Positions 25,599-38,757 of a DNA stretch of 64,000 bases are shown one piece after another; position 1 is the stretch's first letter; each line of letters opens with the position of its first letter. Made by a program: the position numbers and the translations under genes. This stretch comes from Convolutriloba macropyga (Eukaryota). The notes under the pieces are model-generated. The model worked only from the letters and a program-made list of their open reading frames with translations. It did no database searches and was not told where the DNA came from. The stretch spans positions 71,858,001 through 71,922,000 of the forward strand of contig NC_134469.1 of the NCBI RefSeq assembly GCF_964194025.1, in the 5' to 3' direction.

Positions 25599-28500
25599 GT
25601 TAGAATAGAATAACTTTTCTTCAATGATTTATGTTGACAACTCGAGTCTAAGTTAAAGTTGTCCTTCAATAACAAATACGGTAAGTTGCTTTATTCATTG
25701 CTGTTTTTGCGGTGGGAGACAAGTCGAGGTCATGCTCATTAGAATTTAAATGGTTACACACCTAAATTTTCTAAATTTTCAAATGATTTCTACGATGACT
25801 TCCTTCAAATTCTTTAAAGTTGGATTAAAAAATGAAATATAGTTTTTTCAGCAGATGCAGGAACACGCTAACCGAACGCTTATTTTTTAAAAATTACAAT
25901 AAACTGCGGAGCATAATTTACGGGGGGGGGGGGGGGGGGGGGCATATTTCGTGGGATTGGGCTATAATAGAAAATAACCCAAATAAAACAGTAATGATAC
26001 GGCAAACCGACAAAACTCTGATTAGGTATATCTGCCCAGCTTTCAAAGACTCTCTAAACTATTGTGTGGGCCGCCATAACTACTATGGAGGAGTGAACCG
26101 GAATGAATTTTGACCCAATAAACGCAGCAAAGACTTCCATAAATTCTCAACCAATTCAAGATAAACTAAGAACTTGATGTTATGCATTTCTACATTCCCT
26201 GGAGGATGGATTCTACTTCCGCAGTTCACTCAATTCACATTCATTATTAAGCACACTGACAACTACACAATTTAAACCTTTTCAACATCCGATGTTTGAC
26301 TAGCTGCCGCTAATTATCCGTTGCATCGGAAATGCAATGTTGCATCTTTAAAATTTCCAATGTTTTATGCACTCAGATGCACAGGAATTTTCTGAGCGTC
26401 AAGAGCAGTAATTGCTAAGTTTGCCAAAGCGCGCTGACAACCTAACACAAAAAATAAGCCGCAATCGATCATCTAGCGTACCGAATGTCTGCCCAGGCGT
26501 ACTCGTGGGATTTTTCGACCAACCAGAACTGAACTGTCGACAAAATTTCTCCTTCATTCCGTCGACTAATACCTCTGTCAACCATTAATACTCTTAAGAC
26601 AGTCTGTAGCAACTAACTAATGAACCCCCCCCCAAACTGATTAATAGACGAGCATTAAAAGCGTTCAGAACGGAATATTTGATAATGCTGGGCAGAACAG
26701 CATGTGTTCCAACGCAGAAAAGCAGGATTGACCATGTATCAACTGTGCGCAACAATTGACAGTAAACTGTAAGGCCGTTATTAATTCTGAAAAACTGAAA
26801 AAAGCTTATAACGAGTTGTCTACACTGATAAAAATTAATTTGCGTATCTGCTAGAAATGAAATCCAGAACTGACATTCCTTACAGTTGATGCTTATAGAT
26901 TTGCGAATAAGGAACAAGAGTCAGCTCCAGAAAAAGTCGCGGAAAAAGATTTTGTTCTCAGAATATGAAAAATTCGACCGACGTAGGCAGAATAAACCAG
27001 TAACCATACGAACAAATAGTGCGCACTGTGAAGTCTGGTCTACAGAAGAACATTATAAAAATTGACATTTCGACTCAACCTAAACTTCGCTTTAAAAGTC
27101 GATCATTCATAATTCTCGTGTGTAGAGGATTAAAAAGTTTCCAACTCTACGATAAATAGTTTCTTGAATACAATTCAGCTACAGCTTTTTGAAAAACTTT
27201 TGTTGTACTAAAAAAACTTATACAGTATAAACTCCCAATAGGAACGGAGAAATAATTCAAAACGAACGTTCCAAAATGAGACTTTTATAAGTTTGCAAAA
27301 CTATACACGTCTGAAGAGAAAATATAGTGCAAGATAAATAGTACCTTCAGTAAAAACAATTTTCGAATTCTCTTTTTTGAATTTTCATACTTAATGAATC
27401 TATCATGTAATCAGGGTTCTCTTATGAGCAATTATCTAATCCTTTTAATGTCCTGTACTGTTATACAGTTTCAAAGTTTTTACAACAATTTCCAAGTAAT
27501 TAAGAGTATTTTGGAACGGGCTAAACGTGCAGTTTTAGAGTTTTGAATTTCAATTATTTCCTCCAGAACTTAACAACTTTAAAATACCTTTTCAGCTATC
27601 TATTTATTTTTCCGATACCTTTTTTTTGGAAGGTTGGACCAGACAAACGCAATTTCATAGTGAGTTAGAACAATTGGCTCCAAATTTGCTGAAACTTTTC
27701 AAATTTTGTTGCTTAACTTAACCTCGGGAGCTTAATTCTTCAAAACAATAATTAATTCTCATTTTCAAAATATGATTTATTTAGTTCAAACCTGATTTCA
27801 AAAGGTATTTAAAGATTGTCACTGTAAATAATTGCCATAGTATAATTCTTAAATTAAGTTCTCAGACAAAATGGAAACAGCAAAGATGCAACTTTGTAAA
27901 TGACAGAATTTTAATTACCTCAGATGCTTCTTTATAAAGTAGTTTCTATTCCACAGGTAAGTTTTTTCATAGTCTGTTGAAAAAACTTATCAGTATTTTT
28001 GCATGTATGTGTTGCCGATAAGAATAGGGACTGATAATAAAAACTGAAGATATACCAGCCACTATATGGGCGTTAAAATATAATTTTAGATGTTGTTCAA
28101 ATTCTACTGGGAAAGACGAAACAGTTCCTGAAAAATAACCTAAGAATTTTTAAGTGTTTTCGTTAAAATTAATAAATTTGCTAGTTAAAAGCGGACGTGG
28201 TAAAAAAAATCCGCAATCACCATGACTCCTGCGTTCGTTTTTCCCCATAACAGCATTTGAAAAAGAATTCCAGCATTAAATCGACCTTTTCTATTGGAAC
28301 AATCAATCAGTGACAGTTGCATTAACAAATCTATTCAAAGGCAGGCAAGCGAATTAATATTGCGATTTAAAGAATCTTGTGTATTTGAGGTTGACATTTG
28401 ATTTAATAGTTGAAAACTTCATCTTAATGAATCCGAGAGCAAATCCCCCCACAACAATATATCAATACCCGTTTATTTTTTTGCTGATGTACTTGTACTT

Positions 28501-29951
28501 GCCAATAGAAAGAACGTAAAGGGAGGTCCTATTCTCTATACCTTCTTAAAAATGGGTAGAGAAATTGGAATTAATTCATCCATACAGCTGAAAACACTCA
28601 CGCTAGTAAGTTTTTTGCAATAATTGACTCAATATATAAATGCACAATTTAGTGAGCTAGTTAATACAATTCAGCCCACAGAATTACCCATTTAATTGTC
28701 TTTTTCAACAGCAGTTTTATGGGAGCCTAATTCTAAAAATGGCTCTAAGAATATAACAGATTTAGTACATTTCAGATTTAGAAATTGCCATTTCAAAACA
28801 AATAGATCACCATATGCAATTATTTTTCATTGCCTTTATTTCAACGCGCTCCATAAACTGTCCATTTTTGCCCCTTACGGTTTGACAGTCCAAATTTAGG
28901 AGCAAAGATTACCTACAGGTAATCAGATTGTACAAACCGTGTTCGTCATTGTAATATTTAGTTTTTCAGTTCTGTTATGAAGACAAATAAATTGATTTTC
29001 AGAGATGATTTAGATAAAGCATCGTTAAAATGTAGATTTATATACCGCACGGCTTAGCGTTTATTAGCCCGATGTATTTTCATACTTTTCTGCAGACGTA
29101 CTAATGCCGAAATCAGGAAGGATACGAACAACAGTTAGTCTGTAATAAGCATTTCCTAATGTGGCTTAATAGTCCATTACTGTTGGCAGGGTGGGGAGGG
29201 GGGAAAAGAGGATTAAGTTCAATTTTTGTTCAACTCAATACCAAAAAAACTCCCACCACTCCCAAGACCGATGTGGGCGTTTAATTACACCGTAATTACC
29301 CAGTGATAGCAGTAGTCAAATTAACCGGAATTTATACTGATGACACAGATTAGGTGAAAATGCTTGTGTGCTTAATCCCATGTAGGGAACGTACGGAACA
29401 TTATGTAGATTAAACCAACGACCATTTCATACCATCAGTACGCATCGAATATCTCAAATTGTTGACCGTTTGGGACCATCACGAAATCATAATAAGGTCT
29501 GATAGGCCGAAAAGAACTTAATCACAGCGATTAGTGCAAGATACATTCATTCATTCATACATACATCAGTCAAGTAAACTAAACAATGGAGAAGTAAAAA
29601 CAAAATATCCCCAATTCATTCAACATCCTGACATTCAAACCACCTATGATTTTTTTTGGCACGTGGAAGCAGCAAAAATATACAACAGGAATACATAAAG
29701 TGTATGAAAAAAAAACACCAGCAACAGCTCCTCAAAGCTCAAATTGTCAACTATGCAACATTCTTCCACCTTAAATATTTCTATTTCCTAATTTGATTTG
29801 ACTGGCGATCTTTGATGTATATCTGCAACCAGATCAATCTAAATAACGTCTTCGCTAGGCTAGATGACTATCGCAGCCCAATTTAAAATTCAAAATTGGA
29901 ATGGTATCGTAAGAAATCTGGTCTAGGGACAGCTCAATAGAAACATCTATT

Positions 29952-30393
29952 AAACATAACCGACTAACGTCGGGCGAATTGCTCTCAAACGACCGGCGAG
30001 CGGTTGGCCTGGTCAGTAGCTAGCCACGGGGGGGGGGGGGGGGGGGGGTGCACCAGGGGCAGCACTGGGTGGGGGGGGGGGCAAAAGCGCGGTGTGTGGG
30101 GGGGGGGTGGAGCCAATAGTGGGGGTGGGGGTCAACAAAGGGGGGGTGTCAACCTCTAAGAACCGCCCCTCACACCATAAGTATAAGTATAAGTCTCCAA
30201 GACAGTTTGAGCTGAAACAGACCTGAAAGGCTCTAAGAGCACATAATGCCCGCTGGGCGCTACCTGTTTATACCGTTTTTGAGGACGAAAAGTCAAAAGC
30301 GTCAGACGAAAAATTGGTCAAGCGAAAAATCGCATAAAAAAAAAGACCGACAGGACTAATATAATTGGTACAAACTTCGTTTGAGAGCAATTA
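29952..30393 (-). mobile_element. Helentron/DINE-1-like (HINE) element, subfamily B, in GPCR intron 2
   Basis: 15-bp subTIRs AATTGCTCTCAAACG (29977-29991) / CGTTTGAGAGCAATT (30378-30392). Perfect terminal hairpin CCGAC-TAAC-GTCGG (29960-29973), then TTATGTTT on minus. Poly-G interior. Confidence 0.8.
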
Positions 30394-30996
30394 AACATGC
30401 ATATAATATGAAGGCATACATTTTGTTTTAAGCACGTACCAACTTTTTCAGTATTCAAAATTGGAGGACGGAGACTTGGCTTTTAGTTATTAAGTCTCTT
30501 ACAAAAACACTGCAGCAACTATGATAAAAAACCTGCTCAAAGATAACATCCACTTCTCTGATAGAAGAGACGCTTTAACAATAACCAGCTGCCATTTGAG
30601 TTGCTGTTATAGGTCAATAATATTGTAAAGGTCCACCAAACAATTGGACATGTCCAATATAAAGAACAAAAATAATTTTTACTCCACACAGAAATGCGCC
30701 AATGGGCATAAAGGATAAAGCACATTTCTTCCAATAAATACCATAATGGTGGTTATAATTTCAGGAAGGCGAAGAGCTGCTGTAACAGGCAGCTTGCTGG
30801 GTCGTGTTGGTTACATTGGGGGGGGGGGGGTGTTTGATGGGGTGGGGGCGTTCATATGGTAAAAATTCGACAAATCGTCTGTTGATTGCTATCTTTTGCG
30901 TTCATCATTTAAATTTGATCTGTACTTTCCAGATAAACTACTTTTTCACAGCATGAAGTGTTCGAGTGTATCCGACTTTTCTTCCACCTGTTTCAG

Positions 30997-31694
30997 TGAG
31001 CTACATTGACGTGTTCGTGATTGCAAGACGTGCTGCGTCGCTCAAATTGGATAAGAGAACTGCTGTTCAAAATCGTGAAACAACTCTTAAACAGCATGAA
31101 GATAAAAGCGATGCTAAGAGAAATCGACCCTTTCACAGTCAAAATTCATTTTCTCGGGTAACTTTTACTGCGTATGGTACAAACGAGACGCTGAATGACT
31201 CTTCTATGAGGGAATCACGATATTCAACCCAACACTGTACAACAAGCAAGTTGATTAGGGAAACGAATAAAATAACCTTGCTGTCCTCAACCAGTCCCAG
31301 CGCAATCAGCATCGAATCATCAGTACATTCACAAACTAACGAGATAAAAAAATTTGGGGCCGACTCCACTCTAGAGATGAATAAATATCTGCTACTGAAA
31401 CGCAAAAGAAGCTTACGCAAGCAACTTCACATCGCTTTAACTCTATTCTGTGTTACTTTCACATTCATTGTCGGATATTTACCAAGTGCAGTGTTGGACC
31501 TGCGTGCTTGGGGGATCGAGTTGGGCTCTAATGCAAGCGACGCTCAAGTGGAGGTGCTTCTAGGACTTTTCTGGTTCAGTGTTCCTGCTAACCCCGCCAT
31601 CTACGCGTTCACATCTCCCCGCTTCAGAAAAGAAACCAAGCTGCTAGCACAACGCATCCGATCATGTCACATTTCATTTGATGACTCCATCTAA
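30997..31694 (+). CDS. GPCR exon 3 (end of TM5, long ICL3, TM6, TM7, helix 8)
   Basis: Acceptor TGTTTCAG at 30996 joins in phase to give FFTVSYIDVF. FIVGYLP (TM6), NPAIYAFTSPRFR (NPxxY plus helix 8). Spliced CDS 280+339+698 = 1317 nt (438 aa). Confidence 0.93.
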
Positions 31695-34600
31695 CAAAAC
31701 TCAAACTACAATCATATCTAACTGAGCATTTTAAATATTTTTTGAATTAATAATTGACAATGAGCGTCGCAATACTTTTTCCTGATAATCTGAACACAAT
31801 AGTTCATATTTGATTCACAGGCAATTTAGTCATTTGTTGAGCGCTCAATCAAACTTAGCAACCAACTTTCAACGAAATACATGCAATCGCTTAGTACACG
31901 TGTAGTTTGTCAATACCAATGATAAAGTAGGAATTAAAAAAAGAACAACAATTATTAGACTTGTTTCTAAAAGCCGCCTTTCAAATACAGTGATTTATCC
32001 TCACTTGAATATACATTTTTTATATATAAACTCAAACGTCATTTTGAGAACAAGAACAGTCACATGACAAAAACATGCATTCACGAAGAGACTAAAAAAG
32101 CAGGATAAATCCTGATTTAAGAATTTTCATTACCCAAACCAAAACACTAGATCACGAAAAAACTAGGAAAGATACTAGAAAACCAACTTGCAGAAAAACT
32201 CAAAAAAACATAGCTGGCAGATTGCCAAAAAAAGCGCCGCAAAAGCTTCGCAGATCTGCAATCTCAGAAAGATAGCAAAAGAAAGACGAAAAAAAAGGGA
32301 CATTTTTCATTAAATGCTGAGATGTTTTATTTTGATTATGAATTTGGATAACTTCTATTAGCTGCTTCTAATTGCTGCTTCTATTAGCTGCTCTTGAATA
32401 ACCTTCAATTAGAATGATGTACGCTCACTTGAAGTTATCTCTTTGAAAAAAATTTTAAAAAATCATATTCAGAGTGAGGAAGTCATTTTTGAGAGTGAGG
32501 AAAGTCACGTGTACCAAAAAACTTAATCACGCGAATGAACAAAAAAAAACTCGCTCCACTGAGATTGAAAAATGCCGTCACGCACGCAATTTAGTTGAAA
32601 TTGCATGAAAGAATGAACAAAAAGCAGATTTGAAGTGTTTGTGACGTCATATGGTCGTAACAAAAATCTTGACGAGGAAACAAAAAAACCAAGAGAAGGC
32701 CAACAAGAGCCCCAGCTATCGCTTTGCGGCTATGAAAAAAGAGCAAAACTGCCACTCGTGTACAAAAAAACTCGAAAACTGTCATACTGCTTAAAATAAC
32801 CTTAGAACTTTCGTTTTCGCATTTGCGCTCTACTGTATAGGCGTGACTAAAATCGCCATTCAATTCTGAATTCTAGGTGACATCAGAAATCATCGAAGGA
32901 ACAGATCATAAAAATAGAACTGTTGATTCGAGAAAACCATGAAAAAATATGACGTGAAAAAATATTCGAGAAAACCATGAAAAAATAAATGAAAACCAAC
33001 TTCAAGAGTTTTATGAAAAATGACAAACGTCAATAACTTTCGCTATTAAAATATTCGGGAAAGCTCAGCCCTGCGCAATGTATTGCTATATCCAAAGAAT
33101 TAAATGAAATAGTGTCCCCGTCGAAGAATTTGGTTAAATGTATAAATATAAACAAGCAGACGCATATTTAACCAAACAGCTTAAAAGTTTATTGATAACT
33201 ACACAAATGGAGACCAACTTCTCGCCTTCGTCAATGATTTATTAACCGAATCGGCACAGATACGGAGAAAAAATCATCAAAACTTAAAAACAAATACAAA
33301 TCTGGCTGAATATAGGTCAATTGTAAAATTTTACCAATCAAGATCAAGAAATTGCTGAGAGAAAACCAATCGAGAATTCGATCACGCAAATGTTTTGCTT
33401 AGCTCATATCCCTCCAGTTCTGTCAAATTCCATTGATGAGCTTTCAGACATTGCAATAAAAACTTTATCAAATAAATCATATCACAAATATAGAATTCTG
33501 TGCACAACCTTTAACATCGTTCAAAGTTACAGATTTCAGAATCAAGTGGATTTTTCAACAAAACAACTTTGTCCATTAATGTTTAAAAAATCCGTGTGTA
33601 ATTCCGTTGATCTTTGATTCTTTCGATTTTGATAAAACCAGACCCTGTGGAGTAGACTTCATGTGGTTTCTAAACCAAACATCAGATTAAAAAATGCGTG
33701 AAAACATCTGGCAACCAGCACAAAAGTCTGACTGCTGTAGATGACACTCAGAGCCAGTTTTTAGACAACTTCTTACAAATCAGTTTTGATTAGCATAAAC
33801 CTGATCCACGCAGCACTTGTTAAAGTCTTAAAACTTGTTAATAACCTTGCCAATTAGCTCAAAGAACATTTTTAGATACAGTAAGTTCTATCTAGTAAAA
33901 GCTTCAAGTCATTAAAAATGGCGAGACAAATTGAGCTAGCATAGCCTGTAAAACAGGGAAAAAGTAGGGAAACACGAAAACCAGAGATCCTACTTTAAGA
34001 GCTCACGTTTGAGTGGATTGAAAAACAAAAAACAACAGAGACAGAGAGAGAAAGAAAAACTAAGACTGTAGAGAGAACATTGAAAAGCGTTGAAGAAAAA
34101 CGGGAAAAGCTGAGCTGAGAGGACCAGAAGAGGAGCGGGTAATGAGCAAACAGGAGAACATTTGTAAAGCGACAGAACAAAATCACAAGTTTTTTTAACA
34201 AGAATGGAACCAGAAGATTGGAAAGAAAAGATAGAGGAGCATTGTTTCGGTAGAAGAATCAATCGAAAAAGATATAACGAAGAAAAAAGTAAAGAGGAAG
34301 AATATAGGAAGAAAACAGAAAGGAGCAGATAACCCGAAAGAATAAAAACGACAAATGGAACAAAAAAGAAAAAGCAGAAAAAAAATAAAACGCAATGCAG
34401 AGACAACCAAAATGAGAACGAAATTTAGAAGCTAAATAGTGCACAGAAAAGGCAGTAATGAGAATTTTAAAAAATAAATTATAAACAAAAGCCACGATGA
34501 GATGAAAGGTTTCAAAATTTAAGACACAAATTCAAGAATGCTTCAAAAAATTTCTTTTGACAGATGATCAAAATGTAACTAGAACAAACTAAGAATGACG

Positions 34601-34721
34601 TCACGCACAAATTTTCTAAAACCCAGAAGCAATTAAACAAAACTAGCAGTAAAACGATATCAATCTTTATACTCAGAGTCGGCTAATTAAAAAAAATCGG
34701 TAAATCTGTGATAACCTAATC

Positions 34722-35046
34722 GGTAGTGTTATGTTAGTTGGTATTCTAAGGGCATTATTTTGAACAATAACTGGAGGGACTGCCTGATTAGCATCTGCCA
34801 TGTTTTTTGGTACTGTTTACTTAGCTCTTACAGATAAAATGTCATAAAAACTTGCCTGTGTCTAGTTGTTTTAGTCTGAATATGTCTCCACCTCTAACTG
34901 TGTCTTGCCAATCACTATCGGGAACTGCTTGTCTGCTGGTTTGCAGAAAGTGAGTTGTTGTTGGTATGGAGAGACCCGTCTTCGTTGAATTCTGTTCTTA
35001 ATGCTCAGTCTCTTCAATTGTCTGATGACTTCAACGACTGTCACCA
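34722..35046 (-). repeat. Extra copy of PBS, leader and gag start outside the 3' LTR
   Basis: Nearly identical to 51683-52007; flanked on the left by an 11-bp LTR terminus TGTGATAACCT (34707-34717). Confidence 0.93.
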
Positions 35047-35648
35047 TGTGATAACCTCTTTCTGAAGTGCGCCTATTCTGTCTACTTTTGGTAATTACTT
35101 GTTGTGTTAATTACCGTTGCTGTTATTTGGTATATTCCGTATGGGCATTATATGTATAGGCTATCCATTTGAAGTCGTAAAGAAGCAAGTTATTGTTGCG
35201 AGCGTTGTGTTAATAAAACAATAAGTATGACGTGGAATTGGATGCATGGGCCGGCGATCGTGCTTCTTTTATTTCTTCAGACTATAATTAAAGAGATGTT
35301 AAGATGGGACAATACAACTCATTCAAAAGAGTATAAGGGATGATTCCCTTTACAGTATTTATCAGTTACAAAGAGAGACTAAGTAATCAGATGAATTTGT
35401 CGTATTAATCATAAAAAATATGTGCAGTTAAGTTGAAGGCAATATCGAGTAGTGTTCTTCTCTAATTCTCTAAGCGTGTCTGTCTTCTTCTGTAATAATA
35501 TATCTATATCCAACTAAAGTATAAAAGTTAATCAGTTCCCAGTTTCTTTCTCGGCCAATAGAAATTGTTTTCGTCATTATTGCGTTATTCTACTTTTATC
35601 TGCTTTTCCTTCTTTATTGTGAATAATATACAATAAAAGCATATGACA
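35047..35648 (-). repeat. 3' LTR
   Basis: TGTGATA...TATGACA; about 97% identical to 52008-52617 by manual count (~15 substitutions plus one indel). Confidence 0.95.
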
Positions 35649-35783
35649 CTACCGGACTTAGGAAAATTTTGTATACAAAATATAGTTTCATTCGTTTAAG
35701 CCACTCATCGTCATTTGTTTTTTGTTTTTGGATTGCCGTCCTTTTTCTGGAAAACTTTTGGGTTCTGGGTTTTTTTCGTTTTT

Positions 35784-38194
35784 CTAGATGACACTATACT
35801 CGGGGGCACTGGTCTCCTGATCAAAATCTGTATATTTCGAGCCTTTGTCTGTTGGCATAGTTTGTAGTTGTACTTGTTGGTTTCTCAATGTAGCTAATTT
35901 TGGGTAGACAAAGGAAGAAATAGGGTTTACCGGGGCGTGAATACTGGCCATGTCGTCTTTCAAAGCGGTTGCTTTAGAAATGGGGAGTACAAACGTTTCC
36001 TTCCACAAGGAGCAGTCTGGGAGTTTCTTCAAATAATTGTAGTCGTCTTAGTCGGCCACCGCTATTGGTTTGGAGAACATTGTCTTCCCTCTGAATTGGG
36101 AACTAAAAGGAAACTTAGTGTGAACTTGTAAGTATTTATGGTATGCGTAGGTTATCAGAGTATGAAGTATAAATGCAAAAATTGCACAGAAATTCCATAA
36201 AACAATTTGTCTAAAATTCAAATCAGATGATGTAAAATTATCCGAAAATTGGGGTCTGATTGTTTGAAGTGTATATGCGGTATCCATTGCTATGGCTGAC
36301 AGTTGCGCCTCGTTGAATGACGGCGTTGGTAATTTTGATAGTTTTTTCCTGATGTCCTTCATCATTTCTTCTTTTGCTGCATTTATTGTGGGCATATGGG
36401 GTAACTCTTTCAGCTCAGGTACTTCAGTAAAAATGCGTTTCAGTTGATTGGACAGTTTTAAATCTATCCGTATTGGCGGTATTTGTTTGCAGGCAGATAA
36501 ATCTGATGTTATTTTATGTTAGGCCCCGATAGGGTATGTCCGCATTCTAAGATAAAAAAGCATGATAGACATCCATTGTGATTTTTCGTTCGAGCAACTT
36601 GACCTGGATATTCAGACGGAATTTATTCCGTTAGTTGGTAATTAGACGTAAAAGACGTTATTAGCCATACGCCATGTCCTAAGTTTTCTGCCTTTTTGTA
36701 CATTGTTAGCTGAGGTGATTTAATATTTCAGTTTTTCACAACTGCATTCGTGTCGCGGTATATAAGTGAGCTGAGACATGATTTGTGGTTTTTCTCTATG
36801 GGGAAGCCATTCGTACACATACCTATGGCCGGTGATCCAGCACAAGTATCAAGTTGCTCTTTCGTCAAGAGAACTTGGTTGTCGCCTTGTTGAGCTAAAT
36901 ATTCTGTTTCAATATCCCAGATAGTTGCCATACCTGGGTTGTTTTCATCCGGCATTGGAATCGGCGTAGCCTTAAAAACTGTAATTTCTGTTTCGACTGA
37001 GGCGAGTGGTATTGAAACATGGAAAACTAGGCCAATGTCGGTTGTTTCGACTCTTTGGTGAAGTTGGATTTCGTAGTAAGTGAGTACTTGCTTCGGTGGA
37101 ATCGCTAAAGTTAGCTTCTGTCCGTTGTTCACGAGTTCATCAGATATATTTAGCAAGATACTCTCAAAGTCTTATTTTAGTAATAGCGCCATTGGGATTC
37201 TTTTATTTGTCATTGTTGTTATGCTGTTAAGGATTGTAATGCGATACGCATATGCTGCCGATCTATAAGCTTTGATGTTTTTGTAAAGGGTTAATAGCAT
37301 TGAGACCAAGTTTGTTTCAATGTGAAGACATTGGTCACGAACATATAGAAATTTTTCACATTCTTCTACCAATCTTGTTCTGTTTATAAGTGCTTCAAAT
37401 TTAGTGTCGATAATTTCGAAGTTCAAGTTGACTGTATTTGACATTTTTTGTTGCGTCTTTTTAAGGTCACGAAGTTCAGATCCAACTAAATAGAATTTTT
37501 GTTGATTTTGCAAAGTTGTTTTGGCCCAAGCGTCCTTCAATGATTCGAAGTTCTGGGCAAGTATTTTAAGATTTTCTTTGTTTTCTTTTGCTTGTTTTCC
37601 ACAACCACCAAGAAAAGACTTAAAAGGGCATCCGGGTGCAGAGCATGTTCCTAGGCCTGCTGCTGAAGATCCAACAGCGCAGCAATTGCTCCGAGACCAA
37701 TTGCTCTCCTGCTTCGGCCTGACGTTGCTCCGTATGTATCTATAGGGTTCACTCTCGATGAGAGAACCTCGTGGATTTCGTCGCGTATGTTAGTTACATC
37801 ATCCATGGCTTTTCGATGTTCTGCTCTGACCAAATCTAGCAATATATCGTATTTGAAATGATCTGTGTCATTTAAAGCAGAATGTAGAAATCAATTATAA
37901 CCTGTTCTTGTCCAAAGGTGATACAGCATAGTTCAAAATTTGTTCAATTTGTTCTGTTATATTTTTCCCATTTAATGTAGTGTTGTAACTGGGAAATGGA
38001 ACTCCGAAATCGACGTTAATATATTTATCGGCCATTAGTACTTGTTTGACTGGGATAAAATACATTCCGGAATTATCTATTTCGTGTTCTGGCCAAACAG
38101 GTCTGGTCTCTTCTAACTCAGTAGAGGTTGGACAAACTTCTCCCATAAGGAGGAAAAGTATTGTCAATATTTGGACTTCTATTTTTAAAGTCAT
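35784..38194 (-). pseudogene. env: env-like class I fusion glycoprotein (several stops/frameshifts)
   Basis: Signal peptide MTLKIEVQILTILFLLMGEVCP. Furin site RSRR (37705-37716) followed by a Gly/Ala fusion peptide AIGLGAIAALL..GSSAAGLG. Heptad-rich region, Cys-rich ectodomain, TM IVLWNFCAIFAFILHTLITYAY and a cytoplasmic tail. Confidence 0.85.
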
Positions 38195-38289
38195 ATTTTT
38201 TTGCTCTTTGTGTTTTCTCTGATGAACTGGGAGCCTAGGAGTCAATTCATTGAGACCTTAAGCAAAAAATAAACTCTTTACCTGTTTGT

Positions 38290-38757
38290 TTATTCTGACA
38301 TTTGTTCTTCTTCTTCTGAGAAGGCTGAATCGGCTGATGTTGAGTTGGGACTTAAGAGTTCGCGAGGCAGCTGGATTGGTGTAGGGTCCGGCGCAAAAAA
38401 TCGAGGGTCGACAATTGGCTATAGTATGTTGCTTTTTATTTCCAACTCATCGTCTTCATCGTCGTCTAGGACTACTGGCAAGCTTTTCGCTAGAGCAAAG
38501 CCACTTGAGTAGATGCGGAAGAAAAAGTCTTCTCCCAAATAAGTGTAGTATTCAGCCTCGTCTGTTGTTGCTTGTGGATTGTAAGCAAGATAAGACCAAG
38601 TTTGAGTATATGTTAGATGGCGAGCGTAGTGTATATTCTCAAAATATTGATAAGTTGACTGAAGGAAGCAAGGAATTGATTGAAGTTTCCGTAGGAACAG
38701 ATCGGGTATAAGATTACTGTGCGCTAAGCGAAAATAACAATAATTTTTAACGGGCAT
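38290..38757 (-). pseudogene. Accessory sense ORF (~155 aa, one internal stop), unknown function
   Basis: MPVKNYCYF...DDDEDDELEIKSNIL*PIVDPRFFAPDPTPIQLPRELLSPNSTSADSAFSEEEQMSE*; the frame stays open after the stop at 38419. Confidence 0.5.

Noticed and set aside
26399-26917. Minus-strand ORFs in GPCR intron 2
   Set aside because: No recognisable motif or coherent splice structure.
29488-29512. Penelope-type minimal hammerhead remnant (GGTC-TGATA-GGCC-GAAA) near a (CATT)n tract
   Set aside because: The CTGATGA core is missing upstream of the stem; at best a decayed relic.
33990-34495. Hydrophobic Phe/Leu-rich minus-strand ORFs resembling membrane proteins
   Set aside because: They are the complement of an A/G-rich low-complexity tract.
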